Of a DNA stretch of 64,000 nt, positions 13,302 to 23,859 are shown in pieces. Position numbers and translations under genes: made by a program. The notes beneath the pieces are model-generated. The model was not told the origin of the DNA, searched no databases, and saw nothing but the letters and a program-made list of their open reading frames with translations. The DNA is from Anolis carolinensis (lineage: Eukaryota). Location: assembly GCF_035594765.1 (NCBI RefSeq), contig NC_085843.1:210963971-211027970 (forward strand), in the 5' to 3' direction. The stretch's first letter is position 1. Each line of letters opens with the position of its first letter.

Positions 13302-14681
13302 GTAATAATAATGACTTCGGTAATACACAGTGCTTCACCCCCTTCTCAGCTTCCTTTCTGGAAGAACCCTTTCTTGGGAGGTGTTAGCTGGCCCTGATTG
13401 TTTCCTTTGTGGAATTTCCAATTTCCCTGCTTTCAGACTGTTGGTCTTTATGTACTGTCCTGGTTCTAGAGATTATATTGTTCTGCATTATTCTATCCCA
13501 GTAATTATTTCATATTAAAGTAGAATCTCACTTATCCAACATTCGCTTATACAATGTTCTGGATTATCCAACACAGTCTGCCTTTTCATAATCAATGTTT
13601 TTGTAGTCAGTGTTTTAAATTCATTGTGATATTTTAGTGGTAAATTTGTAAATACAGTAGAGTCTCACTTATCCAACATAAACGGGCCAGCAGAACGTTG
13701 GATAAGCGAATATGTTGGATAATAAGGAGGGATTAAAGAAAAGCCTATTACACATCAAATTAAGTTATGATTTTACAAATTAAGCACTAAAACATGTTTA
13801 ACAACAAAGATGACAGAAAAAGTAGTTCAATATGCAGTAATGCTATGTAGTAATTACTGTATTTACGAATTTAGCACCAAAATATCACGATGTATTGAAA
13901 ACATTAACTACAAAAATGCATTGGATAATCCAAAACATTGGATAAGTGAATGTTGGATAAGTGAGACTCTACTGTACAGTAATTACAACATAGCATTACT
14001 GTGTATTGAACTACTTTTTCTGTCAAATTTGTTGTATAGCATGATGTTTGGTGCTTAATTTGTATAGTCATTACCTAATTTGATGTTGAATCGACTTTTC
14101 CTGAATCCCTTCTTATTATTCAACTTATCCAACGTTCTGCCAGCCTGTTTATGTTGGATAAGTGAGACTCTACTGTATATTGATAATCTTATATTATCTG
14201 CTTAGAACTGGATTATATGAGGCCCCTTCTACACAGCTGTATAAAATGCACACTGAAGTGAATTATCCGGCAGTGTGGACTCAAAATAATCCAGTGCAAA
14301 GCAGATAATATAAGATTATAAATGGGTTATATAGCTGTGTGGAAGGGTCTTGAGTCTACACTGCCATGTAATCCAGTGCAAATTAGGTGATCTGTGGAAG
14401 AGGCCTAAATCTGCCTGTTCCTCCCTAACTGAACCCTGGCTGTCCGTTGGCTGAGTTGGCTGCTAGGAGACCAAGTAGGCAGAGATTAGCCCTCTAAACT
14501 GGCAGCAACTGGATAAAAACAATTATTGCTCCCCCTCTACTTAGTACTTTATTTTTTTTCTTTTTGTTATATCAACCTAGGATGATGGGTTGTGTTGTCA
14601 AATTTCGAGGTTGGGGGGCCTGTATTTTTGTTGTTTTGTCCGGTGCCCTGATTCCATCACTCTTTTATATAGATATATAGA
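12370..14681 (-). mobile_element. Non-autonomous Helitron (~2.3 kb) containing SINE and MITE fragments
   Basis: 5' TC-TATATA at 14681, 3' GCCAC-N8-GTGGC hairpin then CGGGCACAG-CTAG at 12370; sits between A and T with no TSD. Confidence 0.8.
13258..13312. repeat. (AAT)n microsatellite inside the Helitron
   Basis: Direct reading. Confidence 0.95.
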
Positions 14682-14685
14682 TATA

Positions 14686-15010
14686 CAGTAGTCTCGCTTA
14701 TCCAAGCTCCGCTTATCCAAGGTTCTGTATTAGCCAATGCAGTTTGCCTTTTAGTAGTCAAATGTTTTTGTAGTTAATTTTTCAATAAATTGCAAAATTT
14801 TGGTGCTAAATTCATAAATACAGTAATTATTACATAATGTTATCGTGTATTGAACTGCTTTTTCTATCCATTTGTTGTAAAGCATGATATTTTGGTGCTT
14901 AATTTGTAAAATCATAATTTGATGTTTAATAGGCTTTTCCTTAATCCCTCCTTATTATCCAACATTTTCTCTTATCCAATGTTCTACGTTGGATAAGTGA
15001 GACTCTACTG
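14686..15010 (-). mobile_element. MITE family A, diverged
   Basis: TIRs and TA flanks. Confidence 0.75.
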
Positions 15011-16394
15011 TATATATATCACAAAGAGCTGCTGATGTCACCTGTAGAAAATCACTACAGAGTAACACACTAACTGGAGGCTCATGACACAATCATGAGA
15101 AGAACTAACTGAAGTGGCTCCTTCTGAGAATACACACACTATCCAAGTAGGGCTCACCAAATTCTTTGTAATATTGTATCCATAACTTGAGGTTCAGCTA
15201 ATGTATGACTCTTTTTGAAACAATGTAGTTTCTTTAAATCTAGCTCAGTCAATTTTCTAAACAGACCTCAGAATTATAACTGTTTCACAAAAACTCTTTT
15301 ATTTGTAGTTTCCTATACTTTACTGAAGAATGAAACGTTTTAGAAGGTTTTTTAAAATAAGGAAGGCAAACAAAAAATGGATTGAAATGATGATGCAGAG
15401 AGATACAGTGAGCCACTGTGGAATAGAGAATAGCTTTCCAAACATTTCATGTTGGTGACACACTTTTTAGACATGCATAATTTCATGACATAGTAATTCA
15501 GTTTTACTAGCAATCCAGAGGTTAAACCAACCCAATATGCTACTGCCTGCATTCTTCTTCGAGGAATGGGAGCTATGCACCAAACTGTCTTATATGTATT
15601 TCATGTCTTTGTTTGGGGTTTTCATTACATTTATACACTTCTCTGGTAACTGTAATCATGAAGGGTAGATTAAAAATATTAGCAAAAAGAGGGAAATACT
15701 AAAAAGGTTCCTACTGCAGAAAGTCACTATCAAGAAAACTAAGCCAACAAAATTTTGTAATTAAGATACAAAGAACTATAGAGATTTTAATAAACCTTCC
15801 CATCAGGCATAAGTACAAATGTAATAAGTTAAAGTATGTAGATAATGGTGCTCACAAATTGGACATAAAGAATCCTTCTCTACAGTAGTGACATGACAGA
15901 TCCTCTCCTTCTTGTTAGCTCTTCCTAAGTATGTTCCCTCTATACTATTTTTTTAAAAGGAAGTTTTACCCTCCATATTTTTGGCACAAAAATCTCAAGC
16001 TTATACACAAGTATATCCAGTACATTCCTGTGTCCAAAAATGCAAGGCTTCCCATGATAGTATGTGAAACTTCTACATTTTAACCTATTAATTTGGATAG
16101 GTAAAAATAGAGGACAGCATCTCCAAGTTGTAAATACATGAGTGTGTGTTGGGGGGGGGGGGGGGGGTACTTTATAATCATCTGAAAAAACCCAATGTTA
16201 TTACCTCTTTTATAATTTTGTTTCCACTTATGTCCATTGTGTGTGTTGAGGGGTGGGGGCTGGAAGGGACAGGGCTCACTTTTTGATGGCCCACTAATGG
16301 TATCACCATAGGATTAATTTTTGTTGTTTTATGGCCAACATAGCTACTCCAGAAAAACATTTCCTCATGACACTAAATCACAAAATCTCTAATT

Positions 16395-16529
16395 CAGTGG
16401 TTCTCAACCTGGGGTCCCCAGATGTTTTTGGCTTTCAACTACCAGAAATCCTAACAGCTCATAAACTGGCTGAGATTTCTGAGAGTTGTAGGCCAAAAAC
16501 ATCTGGGGACCCCAGGTTGAGAACTACTG
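16395..16529. mobile_element. hAT MITE (135 bp, hairpin-forming)
   Basis: ~38-bp TIR CAGTGGTTCTCAACCTGGGGTCCCCAGATGTTTTTGGC; 8-bp TSD CTCTAATT/CTCTAATC; partial copy at ~24700-24775. Confidence 0.85.
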
Positions 16530-18260
16530 CTCTAATCTGTTGTTAGGATAAGCTGTACTCCTCTTCAAAACACAAATAGATGACTTCAGAAACCAAAACC
16601 TCCATAAGTGAATCAAAGCTGGTGTCTCTGGTAAAAGAAATGCTGGAAACATGGATGAAGATGGCAGATTTCATGTAGAGCCAGAAATTTGACTTGGAGA
16701 ATTGATGATCTACATGAAATGTTCAGTTGATCTTGGCCATGGATTCAAGAAAGCTATATTTGGACTGGACTTGAGCAGCTATGACGGCCTGCAAGATGCT
16801 GAGTTTTGAAAAGAATAACCTCAGTGCCTAATGGAACAGTGACTAATACAGTCTATATTTAAAAGAACATGCAGGAGCTCCAAGAGTGAGGTATTTAATC
16901 TTCACAATTTAAACAGTAAGTAAATTAAGTCTTGGTCCACCTTATAGGACTTCAGTACACTGGTTGCTATTGGATACCATGTCTTAGGAATATAGCCAAG
17001 CATGGCAATTAAGGCAGCAAAATGCAAATGCTTCAATTTTATTCTTACTGCAATTAAGCGTACATCCATGGAATCAATAGAACTTACATAAAGTAGGTTA
17101 ACCATGAGCTGGAGACTAACAATGGAATTTCAACTGTAATAAGTATTAAGTGGTCCTCAAGACATGGTTGAACTTCAGTTCCTAGCATTCCTCATTCATG
17201 GCCATACCAGAGAGGGTTGCTCAGAGTAACAGTTGAACAACATGTGCAAGGCTACACAATTTAGAACAATCAAATAATCCATACTGTTAGCTTAATTAAG
17301 TTGTAGTCTCCATTTGTTAAAATCATGTCAGGTTCCAAAAACGTAACGTATTGCATTCAACTAATTCTCTATTAACCCTATGGCCTTCTGGCTGCATGCA
17401 AAGCTTCAAGTCTCCTTCTGTATGCCCAACCTTGTGTTTCCCAATATCCTCTAAAATGTATTGCAATTTGTTGTTGGCACAAAAAAATCATACAAGCGCC
17501 TACCACATTCCTGCATCACAGGGACAAGCTGATATGCTTGCTCCTGTGGAAGACAGCAATGGTCGAAGCAATTACTCTGATATTTCTTGTTTGCCACCCA
17601 AAAAAAGTTCAAAAGTGTACACCTGCTGCCCCTTAGAAGAAAAAACTGATGAGTAACCATTGGCACCAGATAGTTCATCATGATTACTGCAGTTAGGGAA
17701 AGAAAAGTACAAAACTCCTTAACAAAACAAAACTAAACAAAAACGATACTAATTGGACTCTCTTAAAATAAACAGAATGTACAATAAAAAATCAAATTGA
17801 TGAATAAAGTTGTAGACATTAATAAAGGAAATTCCATGGAGGTTTTCCAAGCTTCTAGATGCAGACAGTTTAAGCTGTTCAGACATCCAGGATTAAGACT
17901 GAGAATAGTGCAATGAATTGTATGTGTCCGGGGAGAGAAATTATTGTGGCAACTTGCTATCTCAGTCTGCCAGTTACTTAGTCATCAGTGTAGTAGGTAC
18001 AGGTATACTGTACACAGATTTATAGTGACTAAACGATCATAGGAAGTGATCACATAGGATTTGAGAGCACCTTGAGTTTAATTGATTGCTGAACTGAAGG
18101 TTTTGGAATGTGATTGATGGTTTGTGTATGTTTGTTGATATATTGTTGATTGAAAGTTTGACTGAAATAGGCAGTAGGAACGGTGTGTCAACTTGGAATT
18201 TTTGAAGGTCAAGAGTGGTTTACTATAGGAAGGCTTTTTGGAAGGTTATAGGAAATAAGT

Positions 18261-19286
18261 ATGCAGGAAACTCTGAGGAATAATGACCTCTCTTACCTAT
18301 GTGATCTTCTGGGGAAATCGTTCAGTACGGTTTTACATCAGATGGAGATACTGAGCAAGAAAATTGACCATCTTTTTAAAGGAATTTCCCTGATTGTGAA
18401 AAACTCTACTCCTATGGACATTACAACAACTGTACCAGCCAGTTTTATTAACATTGATGAGGAAACAAGTGCTTTGGAAGGCCAGGGAAGGAAGAGGCTG
18501 GAGGGGCAGAAGGTAGCCAGTAGGCTAGGATCTGAAGTTGCTAGGGGAGGGGAGGGGTTTGTGCCTGGGGGAGAGGGAAAGGGGAGGGATGGTTGGAAGG
18601 AGACCAGCAGAGTCTTGCAGAGGACAAACAACTCTTTAACATCTGAATTGTTTGGACAATCTCTGGACACTCCCAGCAATTTTCAACATCTGCTACGAAC
18701 AAACAATGTGGCAGTGGAAGTTTCAGACTCACTACTGAACAGAGGCAGATGGACATCTAAGAGAGCGGTCCAGATATCTCTATCCCAAATTCTATCTGTA
18801 AGCTGGTCGGAAGTGAAGATCAGGACTATTGACTGGCTTCATAGAGATTATCAATCCCGGAACCGCTCCTCGTGTCTTCTTATTGGACTGGAAGACAGAT
18901 TGTTAGTGGAGGAATTGTTCTCACTTGGGCCCAAATTACAACAGTGGGGCATCACTCTTAGAAGGGTATTAGTAGACCCATTGATCCGCCCTTTGGTCAT
19001 CGGGCTGAAATCTGATATACAAGATTCAATAATGTCCAACAATGGGGTTGAATGTTCGCCGGTGTTGGCCCCCTTCTCAGAGTTCCATTTTGAGACTCCC
19101 TCCCCAATTTCGAGTCCTGCCTGCTTCAACTCCCAATCCCACCCACAGACGCTACCCTTGTTCAGTCCCCTTTCCACGTCAGATGACTCCATGTCAGATG
19201 ACTCCTTTTCTCTCCGACCAGTGGAGATGGGCTCTTTCCCTAGACAAACAAGTACATTTGGAGGCTCTTCATCTTTGGACAGCTGA
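18261..19286 (+). CDS. LINE ORF1 (341 aa)
   Basis: ATG after an in-frame TAG; short heptad-like N-terminal segment, S/P-rich C-terminus; lies directly upstream of ORF2. Confidence 0.7.
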   Translation: MQETLRNNDLSYLCDLLGKSFSTVLHQMEILSKKIDHLFKGISLIVKNSTPMDITTTVPASFINIDEETSALEGQGRKRLEGQKVASRLGSEVARGGEGFVPGGEGKGRDGWKETSRVLQRTNNSLTSELFGQSLDTPSNFQHLLRTNNVAVEVSDSLLNRGRWTSKRAVQISLSQILSVSWSEVKIRTIDWLHRDYQSRNRSSCLLIGLEDRLLVEELFSLGPKLQQWGITLRRVLVDPLIRPLVIGLKSDIQDSIMSNNGVECSPVLAPFSEFHFETPSPISSPACFNSQSHPQTLPLFSPLSTSDDSMSDDSFSLRPVEMGSFPRQTSTFGGSSSLDS

Positions 19287-22200
19287 CTAACCCCTTCAGA
19301 AGGCAACCTCAATCAGCCAATCCACCAGGGGAAAGAGGGGTCACACGGATGGGGCACCATCGAGGTGGTGTGGGGGAGGAGGAAGATCGGTCACTTGCTG
19401 CCCAGGGAGAAGCGCAACAGAGTTCTTGCGACCCTGGAGAGGAATAGGTGTGGTAGTCTCCATGACAGACCCCCCGGTCTTAAGGTTCTGCTTTTGAACG
19501 CCAGATCCGTCAATGGTAAGACAGCTGTCATTCAGGATTTGATCCTGGATGAGGGGGCGGATCTGGCATGCATCACCGAGACGTGGTTGGACGAGCTGGG
19601 TGGGGTGAATCTCACCCAGTTGTGTCCACCAGGGTTCGGGGTGCATCAGCAGGCCAGGGCTGGGGGGCGGGGAGGAGGAGTCGCGGTGATCTTTCGGCAG
19701 TCCATCGCCCTGATCAGATGCGCCGTTCCGCAATCTTCGAGGTTCGAGTGTGTCTTCTTGAAGGTGGGAGCCCGAGACAGCTTGGGGATTCTGCTGGTGT
19801 ACCGTCCACCCCGCAACCCAGCAGTCTCTCTGTCTGAGCTAGCAGAAGTGGTCTCCAATTCGGCCCTGGTCTCCCAACAACTCATAGTTTTGGGAGACTT
19901 TAACATCCATGCCGAGACCACATTGACAGGTGCATCTCAGGATTTCATGGTTGCCATGACGACCATGGGGCTTACTCAAGTTATATCTGGGCCCACTCAT
20001 CAGGCGGGACACACGCTGGACCTTGTCTTTATTGTGGACGGTGGGACAGTCAGAGTGGAAGAGCAAAATATTCTTCCATTGTCATGGTCTGACCATCATC
20101 TGATCTGTTTAAGTTTCGCCGTGTCTTCTAATCTCCGCAGGGGTGGTGGACCCACTAAGATGGTCCGCCCCAGGAGGCTGATGGATCCGGATGGACTCCT
20201 GAGGTCTCTTGGGGATCTTCCTGTTCTGGAGACTGGCGATCCTGTCGATGTCCTGGCTGATCACTACAATAGTGAGCTGTCAAGGGCACTTGACACGATC
20301 GCTCCCGAACGTCCCCTTTCGCTGCGTAGAGTCACGTCGACTCCTTGGTTCACTGAGGAGCTGGCTGTGATGAAGCGTGCGAGGAGGGGACTAGAGTGCA
20401 TCTGGAGGAAATCTCAGGATGTGTCCGACCAAGCACGGGCTAAAGCCGCTATTAAGGCTTACTCCGTGGCTTTGCGAGCAGCCAGGAAAGCTTTCACGAC
20501 TGCCCGCATAGCGTCTGCAGCCAACAGGCCATCGGAGTTGTTCCGAGTTGTTGGGGAGCTCCTGCGGCCTCCTGAGACCCAGGGGCTTCCCGATGACTTG
20601 GCAACTCAGTGCAGCGATTTCGCAGACCATTTTGCAGGCAAAGTTGCTCAGATACGCCGTGAGTTGGACTCCAGCTTAACTGTAGTTCCAGCGGAGGTAA
20701 CCGAGGTACCTGTCTGTCCGATTTTGTGGGATTCTTTCCGGCTTGTTCTTCCTGATGACGTGGAGGGGATTCTTGGGTCTGTGAGGGCGACCACTTGCGC
20801 TCTGGATCCTTGTCCTTCTTGGCTGGTTAAACTGGCCAAAGATGGGTTGTTGGATTGGTTTGTGGCTATTATAAATGCCTCCTTGGGCCAGGGGATAGTT
20901 CCATCCTGCTTTAAACAGGCGGTGGTAAAACTGCTATTAAAAAAGACCTCCCTGGACCCATCTGTATGTAACAGCTACAGACTAATCTCCAACCTCCCGT
21001 TTCTGGGCAAGGTTCTGGAGCGGGTGGTTGCCACGCAGCTCCAGGAATTCCTCGATGACACTGATTTTCTGGACTGCTCGCAGTCTGGCTTCAGGCCTGG
21101 GCACAGTACTGAGACGGCTTTGGTCGCCTTGGTGGATGACCTCCGCAGGCAGCTGGACAGGGGGAGTGTGACCCTGCTGGTTCTCTTGGACATCTCAGCG
21201 GCTTTCGATACCATCGACCATGGTATCCTTCTGGGGAGGCTCTCCGGGATGGGGCTTGGTGGCACGGTTTTGCTGTGGCTCCAGTCCTTCCTGGAGGGTC
21301 GTTCCCAGATGGTGAAGCTGGGGGATACTTGCTCGGACCCCTGGCCATTGACCTGTGGGGTCCCGCAAGGGTCTATCCTATCCCCCATGCTATTCAACAT
21401 CTACATGAAACCGCTGGGAGAGGTCATCCGGAGTTTTGGAGGGCGTTGCCATCTCTACGCAGATGACACGCAAATCCACTACTCGTTCCCATCTGACTCC
21501 AAGGAAGCCCCTCGGATGCTGAACCAGTGCCTGGCCGCTGTGGCGGACTGGATGAGGAGGAACAAGCTGAGGATCAATCCCGACAAGACAGAGGCCCTCC
21601 TGGTCAGTCGCTCGTCTGATCGGGGTATTGGGTGGCAGCCTGTGCTGGACGGGGTTGCACTCCCCCTGAAATCACAGGTCCGCAGTTTGGGGGTCCTCCT
21701 GGACTCAGCGCTGACGCTTGAGGCGCAGGTGTCGGCGGTGGCCGGGAGGGCCTTTGCACAACTCAAACTTGTGCGCCAACTGCGACCATACCTCGTGAAG
21801 TCTGACTTGACCACGGTGGTGCATGCCTTAGTTACCTCTAGACTGGACTACTGTAATGCACTCTACGTGGGGCTTCCCTTGAAGACGGCCCGGAAATTAC
21901 AACTGGTCCAGCGGTCGGCGGCCAGACTAATAACGGGGGCGAGTTACAGGGAGAGATCTACTCCCCTGTTTAAGGAGCTCCACTGGCTGCCGTTCATCTT
22001 CCGGTCCCAATTCAAGGTGCAGACCATCATTTATAAAGCCCTAAACGGTTTGGGACCCACCTACCTTCGTGACCGTATCTCCTATCATAAACCTGCCCGA
22101 TCCCTTCGATCGTCAGGGGAGGCTCTCCTGTCACCACTGCCAATATCTCAGGCCCGCCTTGTGGGAACAAGGGAGAGGGCCTTCTCTGCTGTGGCCCCCC

Positions 22201-22304
22201 GATTGTGGAACTCACTGCCCGGTGAGATTAGGCAAGCCCCCACACTAGCAGCCTTTAAGAAAAACCTGAAAACATGGCTCTTCCGTTGTGCCTTTGGAGA
22301 GTAA
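19287..22304 (+). CDS. LINE ORF2, APE endonuclease plus reverse transcriptase; uninterrupted, no AUG before the endonuclease domain
   Basis: NARS, CITETW, VYRPP, GDFN, LDL, SDH (APE); QSGFR, LDISAAFD, GVPQGSILSP, YADD (RT); WNSLP..FKKNLKTWLF (L2-type C-terminus). Confidence 0.95.
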   Translation, partial: LTPSEGNLNQPIHQGKEGSHGWGTIEVVWGRRKIGHLLPREKRNRVLATLERNRCGSLHDRPPGLKVLLLNARSVNGKTAVIQDLILDEGADLACITETWLDELGGVNLTQLCPPGFGVHQQARAGGRGGGVAVIFRQSIALIRCAVPQSSRFECVFLKVGARDSLGILLVYRPPRNPAVSLSELAEVVSNSALVSQQLIVLGDFNIHAETTLTGASQDFMVAMTTMGLTQVISGPTHQAGHTLDLVFIVDGGTVRVEEQNILPLSWSDHHLICLSFAVSSNLRRGGGPTKMVRPRRLMDPDGLLRSLGDLPVLETGDPVDVLADHYNSELSRALDTIAPERPLSLRRVTSTPWFTEELAVMKRARRGLECIWRKSQDVSDQARAKAAIKAYSVALRAARKAFTTARIASAANRPSELFRVVGELLRPPETQGLPDDLATQCSDFADHFAGKVAQIRRELDSSLTVVPAEVTEVPVCPILWDSFRLVLPDDVEGILGSVRATTCALDPCPSWLVKLAKDGLLDWFVAIINASLGQGIVPSCFKQAVVKLLLKKTSLDPSVCNSYRLISNLPFLGKVLERVVATQLQEFLDDTDFLDCSQSGFRPGHSTETALVALVDDLRRQLDRGSVTLLVLLDISAAFDTIDHGILLGRLSGMGLGGTVLLWLQSFLEGRSQMVKLGDTCSDPWPLTCGVPQGSILSPMLFNIYMKPLGEVIRSFGGRCHLYADDTQIHYSFPSDSKEAPRMLNQCLAAVADWMRRNKLRINPDKTEALLVSRSSDRGIGWQPVLDGVALPLKSQVRSLGVLLDSALTLEAQVSAVAGRAFAQLKLVRQLRPYLVKSDLTTVVHALVTSRLDYCNALYVGLPLKTARKLQLVQRSAARLITGASYRERSTPLFKELHWLPFIFRSQFKVQTIIYKALNGLGPTYLRDRISYHKPARSLRSSGEALLSPLPISQARLVGTRERAFSAVAPRLWNSLPGEIRQAPTLAAFKKNLKTWLFRCAFGE

Positions 22305-23536
22305 TCACTACATACATCCCTTTTGCTGCTCTCCTTCAATATTTGTCCTCCACATCGCACCGCCACTTTATGATCCTGTCCTCTGTGGTTTTTACTCCTA
22401 CTTCCTTTCTCACCTCGAGTTTTAATCTAGTGTTCATGTGGCCCGCCCTTGGTTTTATTGTTCTTTGACCTTGTTTAATGTAGTGTATATTTTCTTTTAT
22501 TGTGTTGTTTAATGTGCTATGATTTGTTGTTCTATTATATTTTGTTATATTATATTGTTCTGGGCATGGCCCCATGTAAGCCGCCCCGAGTCCCCATTGG
22601 GGAGATGGTGGCGGGGTATAAATAAAGTTTATTATTATTATTATAAACACTTTAATGGTAGAGTCTTTGTCTTTAGATGCTGAGCTAATGACTCAAAAAT
22701 TCACACAAGGTTAGCAAAGTGTATGAAGATATTGCCTGTTTTTTTTTTTCCTTTTGATGATGCTGGCAATTATGATAGTAGTGGTCATCTCTATGGGAAT
22801 GCCAACTCATGCCAACCCTTTCCTAAAACCTGAGAAGCGACAGCTTGTCCTGTCAGTCCTGAGGACGAAGCCAGTACAAATAACATTATGTAACAAAATT
22901 TGAAGATTTTTCTGTTCCTGGTTTGAAAGTGTTATTTCCTGTTTAATTGTGTGGTACTTACTTTGAAAGTAGTTGTTCTACTCCAGAAACTTTGCTGTTG
23001 TGGTTCCCATAAACTATGTTGAATTGGTTAAGATTTGATCGGATATTCATTGAAAAAATATAGCAAAAAGATTGCAGTTTAATAAATGTATTAAATGCTT
23101 TTATGACAGAACCAATTAGGAAATGACATTTATAACCCAGGAACAAAAATCATGTTACATAGTGTAATAGCTGTTTGGCAGGAGCACTACCCCTCCTGTC
23201 TATCATGCATTTCCCAGCCTAGCAAGCTACTCTACCCTCATGTAACCAAGTTACAGCAACCAGAAAGAAGGAAAGTGCTGTGAGTTTGCCTGAGGGCATA
23301 GATGACGACCAGAAGAACCACAGTTACAGGTATGAAAACTATTCTTCCTTATGGTATCTGTGCCTCCCACAAATGGATGACAATGAGGCTTCCCAGAGTT
23401 TGTGAGTCAGGAAGCTGGAGAAGGGAAGATAGCACAGAACATGCAAAACTAGTATTTGCTCTGGATCTGCAATCTAATTTATGTTGGATGACCATAGATG
23501 ACTGTGCCATGAGGCCAGGTAGAGAAACACCATATA

Positions 23537-23859
23537 CAGTAGAGTCTCACTTATCCAACATAAATGGGCCGGCAGAACATTGGATAAGCAAATATGTTGG
23601 ATAATAAGGAGGGATTAAGGAAAAGCCTATTAAACATCAAATTAGGTTATGATTTTACAAATTAAGCACCAAAACATCATGTTATACAAAAAAATTGACA
23701 GAAAAAGTAGTTCAATACGCAGTAATGCTATGTAGTAATTACTGTATTTACGAATTTAGCACCAAAATATCACGATGTATTGAAAACATTGACTACAAAA
23801 ATGCGTTGGATAATCCAGAACGTTGGATAAGTGAGTGTTGGATAAGTGAGACTCTACTG
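23537..23859 (+). mobile_element. MITE family A
   Basis: TIRs, TA TSD, near-identical to 1245-1565. Confidence 0.85.

Larger units (their letters stand above)
18040..22644 (+). mobile_element. Near full-length L2-clade LINE, antisense to PTEN in intron 5 (5' boundary approximate)
   Basis: ORF1 plus APE-RT ORF2, AT-rich 3' UTR, conserved 3' stem-loop region, AATAAA and (TTA)n tail at 22621-22644. Confidence 0.9.

Noticed and set aside
19341-22366. Several antisense and alternate-frame ORFs within the LINE
   Set aside because: Shadow ORFs of a GC-rich coding sequence with no recognisable domains
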